This document shows positions 38,887 through 47,593 of a stretch of 64,000 bases of DNA, piece by piece. This DNA is from Opitutaceae bacterium (lineage in GTDB: Bacteria > Verrucomicrobiota > Verrucomicrobiia > Opitutales > Opitutaceae), in contig JAEUHB010000102.1 in the NCBI GenBank assembly GCA_016794665.1, forward strand, positions 454 through 64,453. The letters are read 5' to 3'. A program made the translations under genes and the position numbers. A model generated the notes under the pieces. That model was not told the origin of the DNA and searched no databases. It worked only from the letters and a program-made list of their open reading frames with translations. How positions within the stretch are numbered: the stretch's first letter is position 1; every line of letters begins with the position of its first letter.

Positions 38887-41643
38887 TCACTTCGTTTGGA
38901 AGAGGTCGCTCTGGACGATTTCGTGGATGAGGGCGCGGACGCCGTGGTGGCCCGCGGCTGTGCGGGCGAGGATGCGGTCGAGCGCGGGGCGATCGGAGAA
39001 ATTCACGCGCGAGCCGGTCGCGAAGATCATCAGCTGGCTCGCGAGATGGCGCGCAATCGGCAGTTCGTCGCGTGCGACGAGCTGCTTGAACTCTCGCACG
39101 TCCCGATAGGCGCGGCCGTCGGGCAGCTCGCCGGCGGCATCCACCGGCAGGCCGTGGTGAAACGCGAACGCCTGGCCGTTCATGCCGTAGCCGGGCACGG
39201 GCTTCACCTTTTCATCGACGGCGCGATAGCGCTCACGGAAGCCGCCCATGACATCGTAGTGCTCGAGCGCGAAGCCGGCGGGGTCCATCTTGATGTGGCA
39301 CGAGGCGCAGGAAGGATCCTCGCGGTGCTTGGCGAGTTGCTGGCGGATGGTCACGGCTCCCCGGATGTCGGGCTCGACGGCCTTCACGTTGCTCGGCGGC
39401 GGCGGGATCTCGAGCCCAAGGATGCGGGAGGTGATCCAATGGCCGCGGAGGACGGGCGAGGTGGTGGTGCCGTTGGCGGTGACCTTGAGCACGCTCGCCA
39501 TCGTCATCAGCCCGCCGCGATCGCTGCCGGGCGGGAGCGTGACGCGGCGCATCTGCGCGCCTTGCACGCCGGGGATGCCGTAGTGGCGCGCGAGTCGCTC
39601 GTTGAGGAACGTAAAGTCGGAGGCGACGATGTGCCGCGCCGGCAGATTGGCTCGCACCAGCTCGGCAAAGAACAGCCGCGTCTCGTCGATCGCGGCGAGC
39701 TTTAGCGGGTCGTCGAGCTCGTAGTCGTTGTAGATGGTCGAGGACGGCGAGTTCTCGTCGACCTTGCGCAGATCGAGCCAGTAGTCCGTGAACGCCTCGA
39801 CGAAGCGGTCGGACCGCGGGTCGCGCAGCAGGCGCTCGGTCTCGGCGCGGAGCACGTCGGGCTTGCGCAGCTCGCCGCTCTCGGCGAGGGCGCGCAGCGC
39901 GGCGTCGGGCGTGGAGTTCCAGAGGAAAAGCGAGAGCCGCGTGGCCAGCGCCATCGGGTCGAGCCGGCCGGCTTTCTCCTCGAGAAACACAAAGCCCGGC
40001 GACGCGAGCACGCCGGTGTAGGCCGTCAGCATTGCGCGCGCGAAACCCGAACCCAGCGCGAACTCCTTCTGAAACAGATCGAGGAAGCCGCGCAGCTCGT
40101 CGTCGCGGACGGGCCGCCGGTAGGCGATGCGGGTGAAATCACGCAGCAGCCGCTCGGCGTCCTCCGGCGGCTTTTCGGAAACCACCTCGACCATGAGCGC
40201 GGGGGCGGCGCCGCCGCGCCCGCCACCGCGGCCTCCGCCCCGGCCGGGCCCGAAGCCGCCGCGCCCGCCGGCGGGTCCGCCGATATTCTCGAGCGGCACG
40301 CCGCCACGCTGCCCGGCCTCGAGGCGCTTCATCGGCAGGGTGCCGAACAGGAGCTTGTAGCCGGCCGCGGCCGAGGTGTCCTCGAGCGGCCCCTCGACTT
40401 CCAGCCACTGCACGGCGTAGCCGGGCATGCCTTCCCTGGTCGCGAGCGGGTTGACGTATTGCTCGTCGGTGCCGTTCACGCGGGTGCGAAACAGGCGCAT
40501 CCCGTCCGTGCGAATCGCCTCGCCGGCCGCAAGCGTCGTCTCGATTTCGCCGACCGTCGGCTCCGGGTTGAAGTCGACGGCGCCGATTGGCCGGGTCTGT
40601 CCGGCGCTTTGCGCGTAGAGCCCGATGGGCTCGTTGTTCCTCCCCGGCCAGACCTCGTCGAGGTTGGGCCGGTGCCACACGGGAAGCCAATAGACCGGGG
40701 CCTTCTCCGCGCCCTGTCCCTCGTAGAACCAGCGGCCGATACCGCCGCCACTCACCCAGATGCTGTAGCCCTTCACGCGGATGCGGTAGCGGCCGGCAGC
40801 CGGGGCGCTGAAGCCCCAGCCGTAGCCGCCCGCGTCGCTGAAGATGCTGGAGACTTTGCCGACGGCCTCGCGCTCCTTGGTCTCGGGCGTGGAGTTGGGC
40901 GCGCGCCCGGCGCGGACGTCGGGCTGCGCGCGCGAGTCGAGCACGGGAAAGGCCAGCCGATCGGGCAGCGTGCCGTTCTCGCGCGGCCAATAGGAAAACG
41001 TCCCGAACGCGTCGCGCGCGTAAACGCGGCGCACCGCGGGTGCGGGGCGCTCGAACGCCGCGCCCATCGCCTGCCGCATCGCGTAGTCCGCCGCGGCGAG
41101 GTAGCGCTCAATCTGGACGAACGAGACGTCGAGCGCCTCGGCGCTCTTGTTGAAGCCGTGCTGCTCGCCGTCGAGCGGCAGCTTGTCCTTCACCTGCGCC
41201 CAGGGGATGCGCAGGAGATCGCGCACGGCGTTTTCATATTCGTAGCGGTTGAGGCGGCGCTGCGCCGCGCGTCCGTCGCGAGCGAGGATTGGCTGCTCGG
41301 ATGCGGCCAACGTGGAGGACATCGCGCGCAGGAACGACTCGAGCTCCGCCGCCGCGGGCCGCGGCTTTTTCCTCGGCGGCATCTCGCCAGACTGCACGCG
41401 ATCATGGGCCTTTACCCACAGCGCGAAGTTCGCGGGGCTGGAGGGATCGTAGGCGAGGCTGGTGAGATCGAGGCCGTTCTCCTTGTCGGTGTCGTTGTGG
41501 CAACTTACGCAGTGTTTCTCGATGAAGGCGGTGGCGACCGGCGGAACCGCGGCGTGGAGCACGGCGGTTCCGGCCAGCACCACGGCGGCGGCCAGTGGCG
41601 GCATCGCGAGGCGGCGATTAGGCGGGCGTGGGGCAACGCTCAT
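38887..41643 (-). CDS. DUF1585/1587/1588/1592/1595-type multidomain protein with N-terminal heme-c (CxxCH) motif
   Basis: CVSCHND follows soon after a hydrophobic leader. The length and collinearity with 53974..56472 (e.g. [43 protein letters not shown]) are typical of the PVC 'planctomycete cytochrome c' family. The start is uncertain (Met at 41688, 41643 or 41604). Confidence 0.8.
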   Translation of the reverse strand: MSVAPRPPNRRLAMPPLAAAVVLAGTAVLHAAVPPVATAFIEKHCVSCHNDTDKENGLDLTSLAYDPSSPANFALWVKAHDRVQSGEMPPRKKPRPAAAELESFLRAMSSTLAASEQPILARDGRAAQRRLNRYEYENAVRDLLRIPWAQVKDKLPLDGEQHGFNKSAEALDVSFVQIERYLAAADYAMRQAMGAAFERPAPAVRRVYARDAFGTFSYWPRENGTLPDRLAFPVLDSRAQPDVRAGRAPNSTPETKEREAVGKVSSIFSDAGGYGWGFSAPAAGRYRIRVKGYSIWVSGGGIGRWFYEGQGAEKAPVYWLPVWHRPNLDEVWPGRNNEPIGLYAQSAGQTRPIGAVDFNPEPTVGEIETTLAAGEAIRTDGMRLFRTRVNGTDEQYVNPLATREGMPGYAVQWLEVEGPLEDTSAAAGYKLLFGTLPMKRLEAGQRGGVPLENIGGPAGGRGGFGPGRGGGRGGGRGGAAPALMVEVVSEKPPEDAERLLRDFTRIAYRRPVRDDELRGFLDLFQKEFALGSGFARAMLTAYTGVLASPGFVFLEEKAGRLDPMALATRLSLFLWNSTPDAALRALAESGELRKPDVLRAETERLLRDPRSDRFVEAFTDYWLDLRKVDENSPSSTIYNDYELDDPLKLAAIDETRLFFAELVRANLPARHIVASDFTFLNERLARHYGIPGVQGAQMRRVTLPPGSDRGGLMTMASVLKVTANGTTTSPVLRGHWITSRILGLEIPPPPSNVKAVEPDIRGAVTIRQQLAKHREDPSCASCHIKMDPAGFALEHYDVMGGFRERYRAVDEKVKPVPGYGMNGQAFAFHHGLPVDAAGELPDGRAYRDVREFKQLVARDELPIARHLASQLMIFATGSRVNFSDRPALDRILARTAAGHHGVRALIHEIVQSDLFQTK

Positions 41644-41775
41644 GGTCGGGAGTGAAGTGGGCGGACGGCGTCCGGCGGCGGATAGCAATCCGCCCGATCA
41701 CGAGCGGCGAGTGAAAAGTTGCACGGCTTGCGCGCCCCAAATGCCGCCGCAGGGATTTGAGGACCGGTTCCCCAT

Positions 41776-42717
41776 TCATTTCGCGGCCCGCTCCACCGCG
41801 AGCTGGTCGCGAAAGGCTTTTTCCGCGCCGGCGATCAGTTTCTTCCATCCGGCGGGATCGACGAAGGGGCTGGTTGTTTCCCCGCGGCCGAGCCGGGAGA
41901 ATTTCTCTGTCATCGCGAATTGTCCGCCGTGCGGGGCGAAAAAAATATCGCACGGGAGCGCGCGGAGCCTGGCGAATGTGCCCTCGAAATCGCGCACGAA
42001 CCCCGGGTAGCGTGGATTGTCGAGCAGGCGGGTGCCGGCGTTGATGCTCGCGCTGCTGAAGAACGCGACGTGCCGCTTCACCCCGGCATCCTCGACGTCC
42101 ATCGTCCAGGTGGTCGCGCCCCGGGTGTGCCCGGGCGTGAGGTGCGCCGTGAGCGTGACGCCCCCGAGCGTCACCCGCTCGCCGTCGGCGATGATGCGGT
42201 CCACCTTCGCCGGCGCGTAGAGGATCGTGTCCTGCGGCCAGGGGATGAAGTCGTCGGCGCCGCCGGACTCGAGCGTGCGGGCGTCGGCCGCGCTCGCGAG
42301 CACTTGCGCCCCGGAGAGTTTCTTCATGAGGGCATGGCCGCCCACATGATCGATGTGCGCGTGGCTGCTCAGGATGAACTTGATGTCGGCGACGCGAAAA
42401 CCGAGTTGCTCCACGCTCCGCTGGATGATCGGCACCGTGTCCTCGAAGCCCGTGTCGAGCAGGATGTGCCCCGCCGGGGTCGTGATCAGAAACGAACTTA
42501 CGCCCACCGCGCCGACGTAGTGGATGTTGCCGACGAGCTGGCGGGGCGGCGTGGGCGCGCGCCAGCTGTCGAACAGCCGCTTGATCCAGCCGCGATCAGG
42601 CGCGCTCGGGAGCGCCGGTCTCGCCTCTGCCGCCGCCGCGATGGTAGCGAGGACGACGCCGGCCAGAAAGACGCCGAGACTGCCCTGAGCTGTTTTCGTG
42701 AGGGGCCGGCGGATCAT
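41776..42717 (-). CDS. subclass-B3-like metallo-beta-lactamase-fold hydrolase, exported
   Basis: Trimmed to Met 42717, overlapping the esterase stop (ATGA, 42714-42717). Zinc motifs SSHAHIDHVGG (H-x-H-x-D-H), HLTPGHTRGAT and FFAPHGGQ, with spacing typical of B3 enzymes. Confidence 0.75.
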   Translation of the reverse strand: MIRRPLTKTAQGSLGVFLAGVVLATIAAAAEARPALPSAPDRGWIKRLFDSWRAPTPPRQLVGNIHYVGAVGVSSFLITTPAGHILLDTGFEDTVPIIQRSVEQLGFRVADIKFILSSHAHIDHVGGHALMKKLSGAQVLASAADARTLESGGADDFIPWPQDTILYAPAKVDRIIADGERVTLGGVTLTAHLTPGHTRGATTWTMDVEDAGVKRHVAFFSSASINAGTRLLDNPRYPGFVRDFEGTFARLRALPCDIFFAPHGGQFAMTEKFSRLGRGETTSPFVDPAGWKKLIAGAEKAFRDQLAVERAAK

Positions 42718-44000
42718 TCGCGAAACAGCCTGACGGCTAGATCGCGGAGGTAGATGCGCCAAATCTGGTAGTCGTGACCATAGCCGGGATCTTCGCGCCA
42801 GACGTGCTTGATGCCCTTCTCGGTGAAGGCGGCGTGGAGCGCTCGGCCGCCGGCGAGCGCGTTGTCCTCCGTGCCGGTGCCGATGAAGATGAGCGAGTAG
42901 TCGCGGTTCGCCTTCGCGGGGTCGGCGAGCAGCGTTTCGGCGGCCGGCCGGCTGTAGCCGCTGAATCCGCCCACCATGGAAAAGAGCTCCGGATGCCGGA
43001 AGCCGATCGTGGTGCTGTGGCCACCACCCATTGAGTAGCCCATGATCGCGCGCGCCTTCTTGTCCTTGATCACGCGAAATTCTCTTTCGACGTAGGGCAT
43101 GACGTAACCGAGCAAGTCCTTTTCCATGTAGCTCGGATTGGTGGGCGCCGCGCCGCGACCGCCCGGGGCGCCGGGGCCGCCCGGCCCGCGCGCGGGCGGG
43201 GTGTAGCCGAGCGACGTTTGCAGTGCGCGCACCTCGGGCAGTTTTCCGGTCGAGCCGGTGGTGTCGTGCCCGAAGGGCATCACGATGATCGCGGGCACGG
43301 CTTTGCCCCCGGCGATGAGATTGTCCATGATGGTATTGGCCATACCGGTTTGCGTCCACCCGCGCTCGTAGTCGTTGGCGCCGTGCAGGAGGTAAATCAC
43401 GGGGTAGCTCTTGCCGCTGGTGCGGTAGTCCGGCGGCGTGTAGACGACGACGCGGCGCGCGGTCTTGTTTTCCTGATTGAAGTAGTGGTGCTCGGTGAGG
43501 TTCCCGTGCGGCACATCGCGGAACATCATCCATTCGGCATCCTGGCCGGGGAGCGCGACGACGCTCTTGTAAACACCGGAGGCGGGGCGCACGAAGGTGT
43601 TCTGCGGATCCGGCAGCGTGGTGCCGTCCATGAGGAACCAGTATTGGTAGTAACTCGGCGCGAGCTTCGGCGAAGTGTAGGACCACACGCCTCGCTCGTC
43701 CTTCGTCATGTCGAAGCCGGCCGCGCCGTTGACGGGGACGTCGCCGAGCTTGGGAAAATCGGTCAGGATGCGCACGGCCTTGGCGTTGGGCGCAACGAGC
43801 CGGAAGGTGATCGTGCCGTTGGCGTTCACCTCGGGAGAGCGGGCCGCGGAAACGACGCTGGCCTCGACCCCGGGGCCGCGGCCGGGGCCTGGGGATGGCG
43901 CGGCTGGGCGCGCGGGAGCGGAGGGTTGGGCTGCCGCGGGAGCAACGAAAGGAGATGCCAGGAGTGCGACGCCGAGGGAGGCGCGGGTGAGTGGTTTCAT
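42714..44000 (-). CDS. exported esterase (CE1/'putative esterase' fold) with N-terminal Ig-like/CBM48-like domain
   Basis: Trimmed to Met 44000 (MKPLTRASLGVALLASPFVAPAAA). NGTITFRLVAPNAKAVRILTDF...GVWSYTSP (E-set-like). YPVIYLLHG and the nucleophile elbow GYSMGGG. There is a Gly/Pro/Arg-rich insert, ARGPGGPGAPGGRG. Confidence 0.8.
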   Translation of the reverse strand: MKPLTRASLGVALLASPFVAPAAAQPSAPARPAAPSPGPGRGPGVEASVVSAARSPEVNANGTITFRLVAPNAKAVRILTDFPKLGDVPVNGAAGFDMTKDERGVWSYTSPKLAPSYYQYWFLMDGTTLPDPQNTFVRPASGVYKSVVALPGQDAEWMMFRDVPHGNLTEHHYFNQENKTARRVVVYTPPDYRTSGKSYPVIYLLHGANDYERGWTQTGMANTIMDNLIAGGKAVPAIIVMPFGHDTTGSTGKLPEVRALQTSLGYTPPARGPGGPGAPGGRGAAPTNPSYMEKDLLGYVMPYVEREFRVIKDKKARAIMGYSMGGGHSTTIGFRHPELFSMVGGFSGYSRPAAETLLADPAKANRDYSLIFIGTGTEDNALAGGRALHAAFTEKGIKHVWREDPGYGHDYQIWRIYLRDLAVRLFRE

Positions 44001-44022
44001 GCGTTTAGGGTTCAAGTTGGTC

Positions 44023-44050
44023 AGCCGAGGACGGGGCCGGGTCCTCGGCT
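44023..44050 (-). other. GC-rich intercistronic hairpin between TonB receptor and esterase genes
   Basis: Perfect 10-bp stem agccgaggac (44023-44032) / gtcctcggct (44041-44050) with an 8-nt loop. There is no U-tract, so it is not a canonical terminator. Confidence 0.4.
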
Positions 44051-44116
44051 CGAATCGTGGATTAATCCGAAGAAGAATACGGCGGCCAAGCTTGCTTTGA
44101 TCGCTGCCCGCGGACT

Positions 44117-47100
44117 TCAGAAGCTCACGGTGGTTGTCAGCGTGAACTTGCGGGGGTCCGGATTGGTGAAGCTGTAGAGGAACTGCGTGCGCTTGTTGCC
44201 CGCGTTCAGCGCGTTCTCGGCAACCGTGAAGTAGGCGGCGTTGCCCAGTCCGCTGCGGCCCCAAATCGGGTCGAGCACGTCGAGGAGGTTGGTGATGTTG
44301 AGTTGGAGGCGCCAGTTATACCTTCCGAACCGGCGCGTGTAGTTGGCGCCGGCCGTCAGCGTGTTCTTCCAGTAGCCATCCGTCCAGAGGTAGTCGAACG
44401 CTGCCTGCGCGTTTTGTGTGGCCGTGGGGGTCGCGGCGTCGGGGAGACCAAACTTCAGGCGCGCGTCGCGGCTGCCGCTCTTGATGTGGCCGCGATACTG
44501 CACGCCTGCCACCAGGCCGAGGCCCTTCAGGGCGCCTTCGTTGAAGCGGTAGCGCGCATTGAAATTGATCCGGTGGCGTTCCGAGCCGTCCTGGAGCGTT
44601 CCGGTCGTCAGGCCGTCGAGGCTGTTCTGGATATTGTTCAGCGCGGTTTGGACGGTGCCGTTGGAGCCCGCGGCGCCTGCTTGGAGGCCGAGCGGTCCTT
44701 TGGCCACCGCGCCGGCGCCGGTGGTCGGATCACCGACTCCGGCCTTCCATTCCGCGGTGTTTGCGGCGACGTAGATCTTTCGATCCTCGCTCTCGCGCAC
44801 GATGTAGACGAGCGGGTGCGAGTAATTGGCGGAGAGTGTGATGTTGCGGGTGGGATTGGCCGTCAGCTCCACCTCCCAGCCTTCGAGCCGGCGGGAGCTG
44901 GGATCGGAGTAGCTGAAGGAGGTGGTCCTGACGGGATCCGTATAGCCGAGTGCGAGCCAGAGGTTCTGGATGTCATTGCGGCTGCCGAAGCCCGAAGGAA
45001 TATCGATCTGGTCGGTCTTGTAGTGCGAGACCGTCAGGTAGGCTTTGCCGCCCGGCACAGAGTATCGCAGCCCGAAATCCTTGGTGCGCGAGTGCGTGAG
45101 CGGTGGCTGGTTGCCATCGATTAGTGGGTTCGGCGCACCCGTGCCCGGAGGCTGGGTATTCTCGGCGAAATTGTAGACGAAGCCAATCGGCGACAGAATC
45201 GTCTGCAAGGGCCCTTCGTTCTTGAAGTTGAACGGATAGAACACCGCGCCGACCGCCGCGGAATGAACCTGCTCGGTGCGCTTGAAGTGGGCGCCCGGCA
45301 CACCGTTGTAGCCGAGGATGGTCGTGAAGTTGGGCGCACCGGACGTGCCGGCCAAACCCGCGGCGATCGGGGAGAGCAGGTCGACGCCAACCTTGTCGAA
45401 ACTAATGCTGCCGGTAAGGCCGACCCGGTCGTTGAAGAAAGTGCTCTGTGACGTCAGGCCCCAGTGGTCCAGCGTGCGCTTCACGATGCCGCCAGCGGTG
45501 CCGTTTACGGCCCCGCCGACACCGCTGACATACGCCCACCGGCCGACGCCCAGAGACTTGTTCGGATCCGTGAAAATCGGGGCCAGATCGGCGCGCGGAT
45601 CATCCCAATATACGCGGTAGAAGAGCCGGTTCGCATTATTGTAGGGATCGGCATTGGCGGCGTTGTCCACGCGGCGCCAAGCCCGGGTGGTGTTCTCCGA
45701 GTTCGTCTCGCGGGTGCTGAGGTTCAGGCTGAAAAGCTGCTTGTATCCCCACCAGCGCGGCTTGGTGAAGCGATACGAGCCCGTGGCCGAATATTCCTCG
45801 ATGGCGTCCTGACTGTAGAGGTTGTTCTGCTCCACATCGGTGAAGGGGCGCAGATACTTCGGGTTAATCTGGCCGTTCGGTTGGCGCAGATTCACGTCGA
45901 GCAGGTAATTGTTGGGGCTGGTGTTCGACCAAATCGTGTTGTTGTCGAAATTGTTCCTGGTGTATTTGCCCTGCAGAAACACGTCGCCGAGCCGCTGCTC
46001 CACCACGAGCTCGAGGGTGTCCTGATCGCGCCGCGCGATATTGTCCTTCGGCGCGAAGCTGAATCGCTTGTCGATGCCGGGGATGGGTGGGCGCCGGGAC
46101 GGGATGGCCTTCAAGTGCGGGTTTCCCAGATACGGAATGCGCAGATTGGCGATGGCGGCGCGGGTGCGGTAGTTGTTGCCGCCGTAGTCCTGCAGGTCCC
46201 GCGTCGCGTAGTTGTAGATATACATTTGCGCGGCGTTGCCATTGAAGGCCCGGTTGAAATCAAGCCCGGCGGCGTTCAGCTGGGCGGTGGTCAGCGCGGT
46301 GAGATTGTCGGGGTTGACCGTGGCGCCGTCCCAGGCGAGCTGGGCGTCGCCGTTCGTGATCGACCAGAGGTTATTCCAGTCGTTCATCCGCTCGTAGGAC
46401 GCGTAGAACGTGGTGTTTTTGGCCAGCTTGGTGGTGGTCGTCAGGGTCCACGCCTTCTTGAGCTTGTTCATGCCGCTCTGGTAGCCGGGGGCATTTTGGG
46501 CGAGCGCATTGAACCGTGCGGCGAATGGCCCCCAGCCCTGGTTGTGGTCCAGGGTGTGACGATAGCCGTTCCACGTATCCGCTTGGAGACTCAGCGTGGT
46601 TGCGGTGCGATTGACGGTCGCGCGTTTGCTCGAACTGCCCTGCCGGCCACCCGGGCCGCCGTCGCCAAACATCGCGGTGTCCGGACCGCGCTGGAACTCG
46701 AAGCGCTCCGTGTTGTAGCTGTCGGCGGCCCCGAAGTTGATGGAGCCGTTGCGCGTCGGAAAATTATCGGTCGAGGGAGCGCCGCGGATGATGTTTTGAT
46801 AGACACTCTCCGAGGTCGGGTTGGAGTTGGGCACCGCGGTGCCCAAATCGACCCCGATCATCCAGCTGCCGGCATCATTCATATTGGTGATGTTGAAGTC
46901 GTCCATGAACTCCCGCGTCATGACCGAAATCGAGCCGGGTGTGATGGCGAGCGGCGTGTCCACCCGGCCGCCGGAGAGGGTGTTGCCGGCGGCGTAGCCA
47001 ACGTCCTTGTTGGTGCTCACTTCAAAGGGTGTAAGCGAGATCACGCCGCCCGCCTTCGCCTCGTCGGTTTGCTGTTGGCGCAGCTCGTCTGGGTCGAGCC

Positions 47101-47248
47101 GGCCATTTTTGTTCCGGTCGTATTTGGCGAGCGTGGCCGCGTCAGGGATGGACGAACCGGACTGCGCCTGAAGCTGCGCGGTGACGAGCATTGACCACGC
47201 GAGGACAACGCGGGGAACGACTCTCGACGGGGAGGGAGGGATGGTCAT
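44117..47248 (-). CDS. TonB-dependent receptor (1043 aa) with EF-hand-like loop in its N-terminal extension
   Basis: Trimmed to Met 47248. Leader ...VVLAWSMLVTAQLQAQS, then DRNKNGRLDPDE. Plug-like LTPFEVSTNKDVGYAAGNTLSGGRV...ISVMTREFMDD, a long barrel and the terminal ...TLTTTVSF. Confidence 0.9.
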   Translation of the reverse strand: MTIPPSPSRVVPRVVLAWSMLVTAQLQAQSGSSIPDAATLAKYDRNKNGRLDPDELRQQQTDEAKAGGVISLTPFEVSTNKDVGYAAGNTLSGGRVDTPLAITPGSISVMTREFMDDFNITNMNDAGSWMIGVDLGTAVPNSNPTSESVYQNIIRGAPSTDNFPTRNGSINFGAADSYNTERFEFQRGPDTAMFGDGGPGGRQGSSSKRATVNRTATTLSLQADTWNGYRHTLDHNQGWGPFAARFNALAQNAPGYQSGMNKLKKAWTLTTTTKLAKNTTFYASYERMNDWNNLWSITNGDAQLAWDGATVNPDNLTALTTAQLNAAGLDFNRAFNGNAAQMYIYNYATRDLQDYGGNNYRTRAAIANLRIPYLGNPHLKAIPSRRPPIPGIDKRFSFAPKDNIARRDQDTLELVVEQRLGDVFLQGKYTRNNFDNNTIWSNTSPNNYLLDVNLRQPNGQINPKYLRPFTDVEQNNLYSQDAIEEYSATGSYRFTKPRWWGYKQLFSLNLSTRETNSENTTRAWRRVDNAANADPYNNANRLFYRVYWDDPRADLAPIFTDPNKSLGVGRWAYVSGVGGAVNGTAGGIVKRTLDHWGLTSQSTFFNDRVGLTGSISFDKVGVDLLSPIAAGLAGTSGAPNFTTILGYNGVPGAHFKRTEQVHSAAVGAVFYPFNFKNEGPLQTILSPIGFVYNFAENTQPPGTGAPNPLIDGNQPPLTHSRTKDFGLRYSVPGGKAYLTVSHYKTDQIDIPSGFGSRNDIQNLWLALGYTDPVRTTSFSYSDPSSRRLEGWEVELTANPTRNITLSANYSHPLVYIVRESEDRKIYVAANTAEWKAGVGDPTTGAGAVAKGPLGLQAGAAGSNGTVQTALNNIQNSLDGLTTGTLQDGSERHRINFNARYRFNEGALKGLGLVAGVQYRGHIKSGSRDARLKFGLPDAATPTATQNAQAAFDYLWTDGYWKNTLTAGANYTRRFGRYNWRLQLNITNLLDVLDPIWGRSGLGNAAYFTVAENALNAGNKRTQFLYSFTNPDPRKFTLTTTVSF

Positions 47249-47593
47249 GGTTTTGGGTGAAAGGATGTGGAATGCACCAAGTTCACGCCGCGCCACGGCA
47301 CGGCGCAGGCAGGGGGACGCGAAAGGCGCAGCGGCGCGGGATGGGGTAGGGTGGACTGAGTCACCGCCGGAAACCGGCGGCGCGAGGGGATGCGAAAAGG
47401 AGGCGTGGTGAGCGTGCCGGCATCAAACCGACATTGGTGCTAGGTCTGGGTATGGCTTTAGGCATAGTTCGCGCGGGTGGGCTTGCGGCGCTCGGCTCGC
47501 GCACCTACGCAAACAGGCGCGGCACCCCATTTCTTGAAACCCCCGACTTGCAGAGCTCGTTCCGACGCGGCCTCGCTTGGCCCGCGGCTCCCC

